Notes: generated by a model from the sequence alone, not told the origin. A DNA stretch of 64,000 nucleotides from Candidatus Poribacteria bacterium (GCA_965198235.1 OZ240248.1:3552001-3616000); one strand, 5' to 3'. Positions 10,909 through 21,102 are shown, counted from the first letter of the stretch. Numbers and translations are program-made.

Positions 10909-11712
10909 CTAATCCTCTTCCTCTAACCCATCGATTAATTTTTCCTGATCGCCGGGAGAGTAGAAATACGAACCCGGTTTCCACTCACCAATATCTCCGA
11001 TTAACCTGCGCTGCCGCTGCGTGCATCGCTCCATAAGTTCAGGCGATGCCTTTTCATAGTCAAATGGGCGGAAACATTGATGGCTGTAGCAATAGATTAA
11101 GGTCTTCCGAGACTGTTGCGAACGGTTTCCGACAACGCCGTGCCACATCGCATGTGGGAAGACCGCTGCATCCCCCGCTTTCACACACAGCTGCACCGCT
11201 TCGGGGATATAGGGACCGTCTTTGATGCCTGTTTCAGGAAAAGTCCGGTTGTGGCTCCCCGGCACAACAGTGAAGTTTCCACTGTCTGGACTCTCAAGAT
11301 CCGTCAAGAAATAATGGATTTTGACTTGCAGTGGTGAACTCGATCTACTGACCCGAATGGTTCGCATCGCCTGCCCACCGTCCGTATGCAGATACCCTTG
11401 ATCTTTCGGATTCGGTGGTCGAACGATGACCTCCGACATACTCAATTGGATGTAGTCACCTATCAATTCACGCACGATCGGAAATGTCACCGGATGATCC
11501 ATCAGATCGACGAAAATGTCATTGTCTTCCATCACATTTCGCTTGTCGAAAACAGAATCGGCAGTGACGTTTTCGCCTTTCCGAAACTCCGCATCCATTT
11601 CATCTACCGTTGCTATCAATGCTTGGATTTCTTCAGGAGAGATCGCCTCTTTCAAAATGAGGTAACCCTCTGTTTTCCACTGCTTACGCTGATCCTTCGT
11701 TAAAATTCCCAT
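10909..11712 (-). CDS. PhyH-family Fe(II)/2-oxoglutarate dioxygenase
   Basis: EGYLIL N-terminus, HTD...VVPGSH...WH facial-triad pattern. Confidence 0.88.
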   Translation of the reverse strand: MGILTKDQRKQWKTEGYLILKEAISPEEIQALIATVDEMDAEFRKGENVTADSVFDKRNVMEDNDIFVDLMDHPVTFPIVRELIGDYIQLSMSEVIVRPPNPKDQGYLHTDGGQAMRTIRVSRSSSPLQVKIHYFLTDLESPDSGNFTVVPGSHNRTFPETGIKDGPYIPEAVQLCVKAGDAAVFPHAMWHGVVGNRSQQSRKTLIYCYSHQCFRPFDYEKASPELMERCTQRQRRLIGDIGEWKPGSYFYSPGDQEKLIDGLEEED

Positions 11713-11982
11713 CTTTACATAACCTCTATAAACGTAAATATCTCGGCAACACCTATGGGGGGTTGCAACTCCGACCTTTCTAAGAAACTGAATGTCCCGC
11801 TATTAGATAATAAAATAGATGACAAATAAATTCGTGTCAAGTAAAATAAATAAGACTTACACAGTTGGTTGATAAGTCCCCTGATAAGCGGATTTAGGGG
11901 GTTAAAAATCAAAAAATCTCGCGCTCCATGCTAATTTGCATAGGTCCTGATAAAAATAGGGCTATTTTAACAGAAGGGAGAC

Positions 11983-13497
11983 TTGATGATGCAAACGAAT
12001 TCACATTTAAAGGAAAGCCACAAACTGACCGACGCGCAGATGCGGGAATTTATTGTGAACGGACACCTCACTGTCCGAGCGGATCTGCCGCGGAGTTTCC
12101 ACGAAACCATCTACCGCAAGACAGAGGAACTCACGGCGAAAGAAGGGAACTTAGGGAACAATATTTTGCCGCGCGTCCCCGAATTGCAAGCCGTTTTTGA
12201 GGAACCTGTTGTCCGTGGTGCATTTACGAGTATTTTGGGCGAGAATTACGTCATGCATTCCCATCGGCATCCGCATCAGAATCGTCCCCACAGTGATGGG
12301 CAGGGATTCCATAAGGATAGTTACTGGGGCTATCAAAAGGTCCGGCACCACTGTCCGCGCTGGGCGATGGCGTTCTACTATCCGCAGGACTCACCACTCA
12401 AAATCGGACCCTCGGCTGTCTTACCCGGAACGCAGTACTATGACACGCGTATCACTAAGGATAACGATGGTGAATTGGCAGTCAGTGGGGAAGCAGGCAC
12501 CCTAACGATTATCCACTTCGACCTCTGGCATCGCGCCATGGCAAACCTAACCGACAAAACACGTTACATGATGAAGTTCCAGTTTGTTCGGATGGACGCA
12601 CCACGGGCACCGGAGTGGAACGTAACGGATCCGAACTGGAAACTGGAGGACGTTGATCCAGCAACCCCCGTGCATCAAAGCACGTGGCGGCATGTCTGGA
12701 ATTGGATGGCAGGAGAGTCTAACGAGAATTCTGTCCAATCAGCCAATGGAAACTTAGCGAAACACATTGCCGCATTGGGTGATGACGATGCCGCTGTCCG
12801 TTCCCGTGCCGCCGATGACTTGGGGACATTGGGTGAATCCGGAGCAGAGGCGATTCCGCTCCTCATCCAAGCACTGTGTGATGTTTATGAACCTGTCCGC
12901 TTGAACGCCGCGTATGCACTTGGATCGATTGGTGCACCGGCTGTTCCCCAACTCATTGAAACACTCGGGGTTGAAGACCCAGTCATGCGACGAATGGCAG
13001 CGTACGCACTCGCTGCGGTCGGTGCACCCGCTGTATTTGCCTTGAGCGAGGCGTTACAACATACTGAAGATGCCGTTCGCGTCGAAGCCGCCTACGCTTT
13101 AGCACAAATAGGGAATCCAGCGGCATCTGTTATTCCGGCATTGATGGAACGCACAAAGGATGAATGCGTTGAGGTCCGTCGCTATCTCGCAGAAGCCTTC
13201 GGCGGCTTAGGACCCATTGCCGCTCCCGCTGTGCCTGTCCTGACCGATATGCTCGCAAGCGATGACGATGGACACGCGCGGTTTGAGGCAGCGTTAGCAT
13301 TAGCACAGATTGGACCCGCCGCAAGCGATGCCATTCCAGTGCTGGCGAAGGCATTCAGTGATGAAAACCGGTATGTCCGAGACAACGCCGTCTTGGCACT
13401 GAAACGAATCGACACCCCAGAAGCGGAGTCAGCACTGTTTGACTACTTACTGATGGCGCGATGGTGTCCGATTACAAATCGTGAAAGCACATTCTAA
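11983..13497 (+). CDS. PhyH-family dioxygenase fused to HEAT/PBS-lyase-like repeats
   Basis: HKD...VLPGTQ...LWH N-terminal domain followed by about 7 VRxxAAxALG repeats. Confidence 0.85.
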   Translation: MMMQTNSHLKESHKLTDAQMREFIVNGHLTVRADLPRSFHETIYRKTEELTAKEGNLGNNILPRVPELQAVFEEPVVRGAFTSILGENYVMHSHRHPHQNRPHSDGQGFHKDSYWGYQKVRHHCPRWAMAFYYPQDSPLKIGPSAVLPGTQYYDTRITKDNDGELAVSGEAGTLTIIHFDLWHRAMANLTDKTRYMMKFQFVRMDAPRAPEWNVTDPNWKLEDVDPATPVHQSTWRHVWNWMAGESNENSVQSANGNLAKHIAALGDDDAAVRSRAADDLGTLGESGAEAIPLLIQALCDVYEPVRLNAAYALGSIGAPAVPQLIETLGVEDPVMRRMAAYALAAVGAPAVFALSEALQHTEDAVRVEAAYALAQIGNPAASVIPALMERTKDECVEVRRYLAEAFGGLGPIAAPAVPVLTDMLASDDDGHARFEAALALAQIGPAASDAIPVLAKAFSDENRYVRDNAVLALKRIDTPEAESALFDYLLMARWCPITNRESTF

Positions 13498-13511
13498 GGC
13501 ACCTGTATATT

Positions 13512-13629
13512 CGCTGGCGAGGTTGCAACCTCGCCCTCTTGTCCCCCTGATAAGGGGGATTTAGGGGGTTGGGGTTAGGGTGGTTGTTTGCTAATCGAGG
13601 GTGTATAAGTAATTACAGAATTCACTATA
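13512..13629 (-). mobile_element. Partial MITE (TA-ended family) containing a CCCCCTGATAAGGGGG repeat
   Basis: Reverse strand reads TATAGTGAATTCTGTAATTACTTATACA...GGCGAGGTTGCAACCTCGCCAGCG, matching the elements at 15018 and 56241. The embedded 13543-13570 repeat recurs at 11878-11903 and 60315-60345. Confidence 0.55.
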
Positions 13630-13654
13630 AATTCATAAAATAAAGGCTTCGCTT

Positions 13655-14806
13655 ATGAACTATGAACTCATCATTAAAAACGGAACCGTCGTCGATCCCG
13701 CGCAGGGCATCCATGCGCGCAAAGATGTGGCATTCGCGAACGGACGCGTCTCAGCAATCAGCGACGATATACCGACATCTGGGGCACGGGAAATATTAGA
13801 TGCCGAAGGATGTTTCGTTACACCCGGCTTAATCGACTTGCACGTGCATGTCTTCTACGGTGTAAGCCATTTCGGGATTGAACCCGATCCTACCTGCTTG
13901 GCACGCGGCGCAACGACAGTCGTCGATGCGGGTTCAGCGGGAGCAGACACGTTTCCGGGTTTCCGTAAATATGTTATTGACGTGAGTGACACACGCATCC
14001 TCGCGCAGTTGAACATCTCCTCACAAGGCATGCTTACGCAAGAAATCGGAGAGTTGGAAAACCCTGACTATGCAGATGTCGGAAAAGCGTGTCAAATGAT
14101 TGAACAGCACCGCGATATTATTTTAGGGGTCAAGGTCCGTTTGACGCGGGAAACTATTGTCGGTACGAGAGCGGGTATGCAGCCGTTGCATAGGGCGCGC
14201 GAAGCCGCCGATGCCGCAGGGTTACCCCTGATGGTTCATCCACAAGACGCTTGGTGTGAGTCTATAGACGATATATTGGCACTGATGGGTGAGCGTGATA
14301 TTCTAACGCACTGCTTCCATGATATGGAGTGCGGTATCTTGGACGAAAACGGCAGGATTCGGGATTCAGTCCATGCCGCGATTGAGCGCGGCGTTATCTT
14401 CGATGTTGGACACGGTGCAGGCTCTTTCAGTTGGGATGTCGTTCAGAAGGCGATGTCGCAGGGCGTTGAACCGACGACAATCTCGTCCGACTTGCACATC
14501 TATAACGTCCACGGTCCCGTGTACGATCTCGTGAATGTCGTCAACAAATTCCTGTATCTCGGTATGTCGCTTGACGATGCCTTGGCGAAGGTCACGAGCA
14601 TTCCCGCAGAAACCATTCTGATGCCGGGGCAGGTCGGTACGTTAGGTGTCGATGCATGGGGAGATGCGGTGATTTTTGAACTTCGCGAGGGTGAATTCCA
14701 ACTCGTAGATGCCCATGATCAGGTGAGAGTCGGCAAACAGATATTGGAACCTGTCGTCGTTGTCAAAGGCGGACAGGTATATCGCCAACGCCGAACTCAC
14801 GGTTAA
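13655..14806 (+). CDS. Amidohydrolase/deacetylase family metallohydrolase (dihydroorotase-like)
   Basis: PGLIDLHVH, GVKVR, MVH, LTHCFH, DVGHG, ISSDLH. Confidence 0.88.
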   Translation: MNYELIIKNGTVVDPAQGIHARKDVAFANGRVSAISDDIPTSGAREILDAEGCFVTPGLIDLHVHVFYGVSHFGIEPDPTCLARGATTVVDAGSAGADTFPGFRKYVIDVSDTRILAQLNISSQGMLTQEIGELENPDYADVGKACQMIEQHRDIILGVKVRLTRETIVGTRAGMQPLHRAREAADAAGLPLMVHPQDAWCESIDDILALMGERDILTHCFHDMECGILDENGRIRDSVHAAIERGVIFDVGHGAGSFSWDVVQKAMSQGVEPTTISSDLHIYNVHGPVYDLVNVVNKFLYLGMSLDDALAKVTSIPAETILMPGQVGTLGVDAWGDAVIFELREGEFQLVDAHDQVRVGKQILEPVVVVKGGQVYRQRRTHG

Positions 14807-15017
14807 GTCTACAGACATATTGCTCCGCTGGAGCAAGGAGAACCCCGTAGGAGGGCTGTAAGGCACTCATGAGATTATACGCCTCCTCACGCCAGATGAA
14901 GTTTAAAAAATAAATCAGGTAACCTTGGTCCACGCGACGTGCGATGAATCGCACTACTACAAACGGCTTTGCTTGTCGTCGGAAAACCATTTATAGAATA
15001 TCCCGGAATTACCCGTT

Positions 15018-15157
15018 TATAGTAAAGCCCATAATTACTTGGACATTGTCAGTAGGCGAGTTTACTAGAGGAAACACCCAAGCAAAAACACCTCGCCAGC
15101 GGTGGTGCGGGATTCGTTTGCTGAACAACTGTCTACATATTTTCGGGCTTTACTATA
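15018..15157 (+). mobile_element. MITE with 13-bp terminal inverted repeats and TA ends
   Basis: TATAGTAAAGCCC (15018-15030) and GGGCTTTACTATA (15145-15157) are perfect inverted repeats. Internal GGCGAG...CTCGCCAGCGG hairpin. Confidence 0.7.
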
Positions 15158-15225
15158 CATTCTTAATCTTCATGAGGCGTGATATGTCTATAGAAACTGA
15201 TGGCTGACCGCTGAAAGCAAATCCA

Positions 15226-16830
15226 CTACGGATGCTGTTCTCCCGCCTTCGGTTTCTCCTTTGGTGCATTAGAATCCGGTCCAAAGCGGATATGGAGTGC
15301 CGCACCCGGAGCGTGTGCCTTTCCATAAAGCACGTGTTTCATACCCCAAAAGACAATTGTCGATCCTACCAACACGACGATACCCCAGGTCGATGTCCGC
15401 CAGACCCATTCATTGAACGAAAAGAGACTACCCGTCTGTTTCGGGACCGCCAGTGGACCGAGTGCCATCAGCACGGTACAGATAATCGCGTTGAGCGTAA
15501 TCACACCTTCTGTCACCAGACGATGTGGACTAAAGCCGACTAAAGCGCGTTCAAAGTTGAAGATAACCATCCACCATAGAAATACGAAGTAGAGCAACTG
15601 TCCCTTCCCCAGCCAACTCGTCGGGATAAAGGCAAGCGGTTCTTGGAAATGTACCGACAAAATCCAGACACAGGCGATGCCGATGCCGATATAGAAGAGT
15701 TCAAACCAACCTATCCATCCTCTTGAATGCCGAAACCAACCGACGACAGGTAGCCCAAAAAAACGCTCCGGTAAACCTTCAACCAAATCCACCCACGTTC
15801 CTGCTGCCTTCCGATAATTGACGTAGGTCAAAGCGATGAGCACACAGAACACAGCGAATATTTCCATCCATGGTGGCAGATTTGGATTGGTTTCTAAGAG
15901 GGGTGCTCGGTTAAGAAGGAGACCGAACGGTATCGCAATACCGAGTCCGAATAACAAGCCTTGTGTCTGCTCCATAACGCTATGCCAGTTCGTTTGGAGT
16001 CCCGTTCGGATGTAGATGAGTTTCAGCAATTGTCCAAATGAAAACGCAATACCGCCTCCGAAACCTGTCATCAGGGTAGCGAAAGCCACGCCGCTGAGTT
16101 CATAACGCCAGCAGTACCCCAAGACCCCGATGACCATACCGACACAACCTGCCCAGTTGTCACCACGCGGCGGTGTCATGCGGAGACGGAAGACGTTTAC
16201 CAGCAACAAAAACGCGCCGAACCAGCCGATACCCATGTAGAGGACGAGTGAGGTGCCCATGTCCAAACCCCCGCGGAAGAGCGCGACAATAAGTGCCGCG
16301 ACTATCGCTACCAGGGCGGACACCCAATCCGTGTCGTACCAATACAGTGGACTCTCGTGCCGTTGCATCCGTTTCGGTGCGAGAATCCGGTCAATGATGA
16401 CAGCCTGAAGCGACCAACCGATGAAGACTGCCGCGATTGGCGCAAAGAGGAGAGACAATTGGCTATGCGTTAGGAACGCAGGAAGCGCAGTTCCGGCACC
16501 GCCAAGGGCTGCCCACAGGAATCCGATAGCGAACAGATTCGCAAACCCGTAAAACACCGTTAGTGAGTGCGGAGAATGACTGTACCCGACGACCATCATG
16601 TATGACATACTTCCACCGAAGGACCACCCGATTGCACCGAACAACGCGAAGTAGTGAACGTGCCGCCACCAGTCCTCTCGTCCAGAGAGCAGGGCAATTG
16701 CCATCCCCGCGAGCGCGCCAGCGAGTGCCGCACCATATTCATGCCCGAAGTTGCCGCGTATTCCCCAACCAACACAGACGGATAAACCACATAGAAGTAC
16801 CATTTGCCACGGGATAATTGCCATGTCCAT
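15226..16830 (-). CDS. Polytopic membrane protein of unknown function
   Basis: 534 aa with many hydrophobic segments. N-terminal GWGIRGNFGHEYGAA. RBS GGAGG. Confidence 0.8.
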   Translation of the reverse strand: MDMAIIPWQMVLLCGLSVCVGWGIRGNFGHEYGAALAGALAGMAIALLSGREDWWRHVHYFALFGAIGWSFGGSMSYMMVVGYSHSPHSLTVFYGFANLFAIGFLWAALGGAGTALPAFLTHSQLSLLFAPIAAVFIGWSLQAVIIDRILAPKRMQRHESPLYWYDTDWVSALVAIVAALIVALFRGGLDMGTSLVLYMGIGWFGAFLLLVNVFRLRMTPPRGDNWAGCVGMVIGVLGYCWRYELSGVAFATLMTGFGGGIAFSFGQLLKLIYIRTGLQTNWHSVMEQTQGLLFGLGIAIPFGLLLNRAPLLETNPNLPPWMEIFAVFCVLIALTYVNYRKAAGTWVDLVEGLPERFFGLPVVGWFRHSRGWIGWFELFYIGIGIACVWILSVHFQEPLAFIPTSWLGKGQLLYFVFLWWMVIFNFERALVGFSPHRLVTEGVITLNAIICTVLMALGPLAVPKQTGSLFSFNEWVWRTSTWGIVVLVGSTIVFWGMKHVLYGKAHAPGAALHIRFGPDSNAPKEKPKAGEQHP

Positions 16831-16928
16831 ATCTATAACCTCCGTTCTTCACTCACAATCTATTGCACCTATTATGAGAGGTTTCGCTTTTATTGTCAAC
16901 TTTCTGACCACGCAATCTTTATTCTTCT

Positions 16929-17017
16929 GTAGGAGCGAGTGTTTTTGCTTGAGGTGTTTTTGCTTAAGAAACGCCCAAGCAAAAACGGTATTTCTGCGGA
17001 TTTCCCCATGCTCGCGA
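16929..17017 (+). repeat. GTAGGAGCGAG...TGCTCGCGA REP-like palindrome with inserted modules
   Basis: Compact copy at 63738-63760. Here about 65 bp of extra sequence lies between the arms. Confidence 0.6.
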
Positions 17018-17094
17018 TTCTTTCCTAATAACTAAACAGAGCCATTCGGATTCGATTCTCTACCGACTACAGAAAAGGGACGGGAAAAAACTTT

Positions 17095-17122
17095 TTGAAA
17101 AAACGGGAGGGTGTGGTATAAT
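17095..17122 (+). promoter_or_regulatory. Sigma70-type promoter upstream of hisC
   Basis: TTGAAA-16 nt-TATAAT with extended -10 TG. Confidence 0.55.
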
Positions 17123-17195
17123 AGAATTGTATTTCGGCGTGTTCGGTGGACGCGCTTGCAGTCATAGAGATAATAGAATTGAGAAGCGAACCGTT

Positions 17196-18314
17196 ATGCT
17201 AAAACCGAAACCCAGCATTGACACGATTCAGCCGTATCAGGGTGGTAAGCCGATTGAAGAGGTCCGACGCGAGTTGGGCATTACCGATATTATCAAACTG
17301 GCATCCAACGAAAATCCGTTAGGTCCCTCGCCGTTGGCGATGCAGGCGATCTCAGAGAGTGTCACACAGGTGCATCTCTACCCTGACGGTAACGCCTACT
17401 ACCTTAAGGAGGATCTCGCAGAATATCTCGGAATTTCTGCTGAACATCTGATTTTAGGGAACGGCTCGAATGACGTGCTACAACTCGTCGCCGAAGCATA
17501 CGTCGCCCCCGGTGATGAGGTAATCTATGCAGCTGGGGCATTCGTCGTCTATAGTCTTGTGACGAAGCTGTGCAGTGCGACAGCAGTCGTCGTGCCGATG
17601 GTTGAGCATACACACGACCTCTCTACCATGGCAGCGGCGATTACCGATAAGACGAAGGTCATCTTTGTTGCGAATCCGAACAACCCTACTGGCACGATGG
17701 TCACAGCAGACGAGACAGCGGCGTTTATGGAACGGGTGCCGGACGATGTGCTGGTCGTTTTTGACGAAGCCTATTATGAGTACGTTAACCGTTCAGACTA
17801 CCCACAGACGCTCCCTTATGTGCTGGCGGGACGGAACTTCATCATCACTCGCACCTTTTCTAAGATTTATGGGCTTGCCGGGCTGCGTATCGGATACGGT
17901 GTCGCGTCACCTCCGTTGATTGAGACGTTAAATCGGGTGCGTCAACCCTTTAATTGCAGCTTGGTCGGACAAGCGGCGGCGCGAGCGGCACTAAAGGATA
18001 CTGCACACGTTACGAGGAGCCGAGAACAGAACGCCGTCGGTAAAGCCTTTCTCTACGACGCGTTTGACGACATGGGACTCCGTTATGTCGAAAGCGAAGG
18101 CAATTTCATCATGTTGCACCTTGAACGATCGGGGGCAGACATCGCCGATGCGCTTCTGAAACAGGGAGTTATTGTGCGTCCAATTGGGGGCTACGGCTAT
18201 CCAAATGCGGTGCGCGTAACGATCGGCACACAGCAGGAAAACGAGAAATTCATCACGGCTTTGGGAGTAGTGGTCAGTCGTCAGTTATCAGTTTTGACCA
18301 GCGACTCGCTCTGA
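17196..18314 (+). CDS. hisC: Histidinol-phosphate aminotransferase
   Basis: KLASNENPLG, NPNNPTG, DEAYYEY, RTFSKIYGLAGLRIGY (PLP lysine). Probable start ATG 17196. Confidence 0.93.
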   Translation: MLKPKPSIDTIQPYQGGKPIEEVRRELGITDIIKLASNENPLGPSPLAMQAISESVTQVHLYPDGNAYYLKEDLAEYLGISAEHLILGNGSNDVLQLVAEAYVAPGDEVIYAAGAFVVYSLVTKLCSATAVVVPMVEHTHDLSTMAAAITDKTKVIFVANPNNPTGTMVTADETAAFMERVPDDVLVVFDEAYYEYVNRSDYPQTLPYVLAGRNFIITRTFSKIYGLAGLRIGYGVASPPLIETLNRVRQPFNCSLVGQAAARAALKDTAHVTRSREQNAVGKAFLYDAFDDMGLRYVESEGNFIMLHLERSGADIADALLKQGVIVRPIGGYGYPNAVRVTIGTQQENEKFITALGVVVSRQLSVLTSDSL

Positions 18315-18452
18315 TTAGATTTGTATAAGGTACGAGTTGCTGGTCAAAGTTAAGAGCAACATTGTGGTGGGCCTATTTGCGATAACTGCCACAAGGGGTG
18401 TTACTGAAAACTGTTAGCTGATAACCCTATAACAGATAAGCATTAAAAAAAT

Positions 18453-19577
18453 ATGAAAGAACTGATACAGATCAGCAACAAACGCCCTACGCGAAAAATT
18501 ATGGTGGGGACTATCCCGATCGGCGGTGGGAACCCCATCTCCATCCAGACGATGACGACGACGTTGACGCGCGATGTCGATGCCACACTGGCACAGGTGG
18601 AACGGTGTGTGGAGGCGGGTGCGCAGATTGTTCGCGTTGCTGTCCCCGAAGAACCGGACGCGAAGGCACTCGGTCCACTTGTGAGGCGCGCTCCCGTTCC
18701 GATAGTCTCAGATATCCATTTTAACTACCGATACGCACTCGCCGCGGTAGACGCGGGGGTAGCAAAGGTACGGATCAATCCTGGTAACATCGGTAATGAG
18801 GCGCGGATTGTTGAGGTTCTGTCTGCGGCGAAAGCGGCGAATATCCCCATCCGTATCGGGGTCAATGAGGGTTCACTGGAGCGGGATCTTTTAGAGAAAT
18901 ATCCGTCGCCGACAGCGGAGGCGTTGGTAGAAAGTGCGATGCGGCACGTCAATATTTGTGAGGAGCACGATTTCAGAGACATCGCGATCTCCGTGAAGTC
19001 GAGCGATCCACTTCGGATGATAGAGGCGAACCGTCAGTTTTCAGCGAAAGTCCCGTATCCGTTACATCTCGGTGTGACGGAAGCCGGGACACCTCGACGC
19101 TCGCATGTCAAGTCGACACTCGGCATTGGGACGCTCTTGCTGGAGGGGATTGGTGACACCATCCGCATCTCGATTACCGGCGACCCGGTTGAGGAGGTTT
19201 TGACCGCTAAAGAACTCCTTCGAGCATTGGGTATGGCGGATGATATGTTAGACGTTGTTTCCTGCCCGTTCTGCGGTCGTGGGGACCCCACGGCGGATTA
19301 TGAGAACATTGTGGCTGTCGCTGAGGAGCTTTTAGAGAAACACGGCATCAAAATCCCAGTTGCCGTGATGGGGTGTGAAGTTAACGGGCCCGGTGAGACG
19401 CGCAACGCTGAGGTCGGCATCCATTTGGGTGGCAAGGAGCTTGCCGTTCTAAAGGTTCGCGGTGAACGGGTACGCACCTTCCGAGGGAAAGACGAGGTCA
19501 ACCCGGAATTTTTAGCGAATGCTTTGTTAGAAGCGGCACAACAGTTGGAGGCAGTTCAAACCGATAAAGCCGTGTAG
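18453..19577 (+). CDS. ispG: 4-hydroxy-3-methylbut-2-en-1-yl diphosphate synthase
   Basis: DIHFNY, RINPGNIG, HLGVTEAG, GIGDTIRIS, SCPFCGR, MGCEVNGPGE. Confidence 0.96.
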   Translation: MKELIQISNKRPTRKIMVGTIPIGGGNPISIQTMTTTLTRDVDATLAQVERCVEAGAQIVRVAVPEEPDAKALGPLVRRAPVPIVSDIHFNYRYALAAVDAGVAKVRINPGNIGNEARIVEVLSAAKAANIPIRIGVNEGSLERDLLEKYPSPTAEALVESAMRHVNICEEHDFRDIAISVKSSDPLRMIEANRQFSAKVPYPLHLGVTEAGTPRRSHVKSTLGIGTLLLEGIGDTIRISITGDPVEEVLTAKELLRALGMADDMLDVVSCPFCGRGDPTADYENIVAVAEELLEKHGIKIPVAVMGCEVNGPGETRNAEVGIHLGGKELAVLKVRGERVRTFRGKDEVNPEFLANALLEAAQQLEAVQTDKAV

Positions 19578-19581
19578 AAAA

Positions 19582-21102
19582 ATGAAACACTTACAACAGC
19601 AGATCCAAAAAGCGATTCGATTAATTCCTGTCCAGATTGGGTTGCTCGCGCTATTTTTCGTAGTTTACCATATATTCTTGTATTACGTCATGCGCGAGAT
19701 GTCTATCAAGCTCGGTGCGGTGCGGTTTGGAAGACACATTTTTCCCCTTTATGCCGAACCGAGTTTCGACTTGAGTTGGTGGATATTGCCTGCCCTCGCG
19801 GTGTGTATCGGTTTTCTGTATCTCTGTCACAGGTACCTGCTTTCAGGTGCAGACGGTCGTCGATTAATCGGGATAGCGGTTATCTGCTTCCTTGCGATTC
19901 ATATCAGCGTTGCCCAAATTGATGGCTACCGAGAGTTAGAACAAGATGGCAAAACAGAACGGGTCTTAACGCTTTTAGAGCCGTATACGCGGACTTCATT
20001 GGAGTATTATGGCGATGTGCCACGAATTGACGAACTTGGACTCCGCACGTTTCTACGGGATTATAGCAAACCGGAATTGTTTGATACCCTTTCAGGTCAC
20101 GCACGTACCCATCCGCCGGGGGGTGTGGTTTTTTTGTGGTTTGTTAGTAAAATCTTCGGTTACAATCTCGTATCGGCATCGTTGCTCTCGATTCTCTTCA
20201 CTGCGATTACAGTAATACCGATCTATCGTCTCGCCGAACACCTCTACGGCGAAAAAGCTGGACGGTATGCGCTTCTCCTTTTTCTCATCACCCCTAACTT
20301 TGTGATGTTCACCGGCACGTCAATGGACGGCCCCTTCAGTGTCTTCCCAATCCTGAGCGTTTACCTGTTTTATAAAGCACGAGATCAAGAAACCATACCC
20401 GACCAGGTGTGGTATAAATTTCGACCTTATAGCTTATTGACGGGGGTTTCGCTTGCGCTTGGGATGTTCATGACGTATGCAACGGTAGTTGTCGGGGTAT
20501 TTTTGTGTGTTCTCGCCTTACTGGAGCGGAAGCGGTTCGGACAGTATCTGAAGGTCTTGCTGTTCGCGGCTTTGGGATTTGTCGGATTTTATCTGTTGCT
20601 TTTTGTCCTGACTGGGTTCGATCCAATCGAGGCACTTTGGGCAGCTATCAAAAAAGATGAGAAGGGCATGGGGACGGGTTATGAAAGCATTGGGCGTTAT
20701 TTCCACCTGAGTTTCGCGAACCTGTTTGCGTTCCTCATCGGCGTAGGGCTACCGATAACGACCGTCTGGCTTCGGGAAGTCGTAGCAGCGTTGAAGGAGT
20801 GGCGGCAGAATACTCGCTCGTCTGAACAGGAGAGCAGTGGAACTCGTATCCCTTGGATATTGCGCCATGATGAAGCGTTAGACACGTTCGTCATCGGTTT
20901 CCTAATCACGCTTCTCTACTTCACATTCTCTACACTGTTTACGATGGAGGTTGAGCGGATATGGATTTTCATGGTGCCATTTTTCGTTATTCCGGTCGCT
21001 AAACACCTCACGGCGCGTCCGATGTCAGATCTCTATTGGGTCGCGGGTGTCCTCGTTGTGCAGCTTATCGTGGGGGAAGCCCTGCTCTATACGTATTGGT
21101 AG
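19582..21102 (+). CDS. Polytopic membrane glycosyltransferase-like protein (GT-C/PMT_2-like)
   Basis: Multiple TM segments and HARTHPPG motif. Adjacent to a GT4 gene. Confidence 0.65.
   Translation: MKHLQQQIQKAIRLIPVQIGLLALFFVVYHIFLYYVMREMSIKLGAVRFGRHIFPLYAEPSFDLSWWILPALAVCIGFLYLCHRYLLSGADGRRLIGIAVICFLAIHISVAQIDGYRELEQDGKTERVLTLLEPYTRTSLEYYGDVPRIDELGLRTFLRDYSKPELFDTLSGHARTHPPGGVVFLWFVSKIFGYNLVSASLLSILFTAITVIPIYRLAEHLYGEKAGRYALLLFLITPNFVMFTGTSMDGPFSVFPILSVYLFYKARDQETIPDQVWYKFRPYSLLTGVSLALGMFMTYATVVVGVFLCVLALLERKRFGQYLKVLLFAALGFVGFYLLLFVLTGFDPIEALWAAIKKDEKGMGTGYESIGRYFHLSFANLFAFLIGVGLPITTVWLREVVAALKEWRQNTRSSEQESSGTRIPWILRHDEALDTFVIGFLITLLYFTFSTLFTMEVERIWIFMVPFFVIPVAKHLTARPMSDLYWVAGVLVVQLIVGEALLYTYW

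Noticed and set aside
8170-13500. tRNA-anchored genomic island
   Set aside because: No integrase, no visible duplicate of a tRNA 3' end and no evident compositional shift.
14944-15207. 87-aa ORF, and similar short ORFs at 26338, 48864, 56061 and 56194
   Set aside because: They run through MITE/REP sequence, lack an RBS and show no protein-like motifs.
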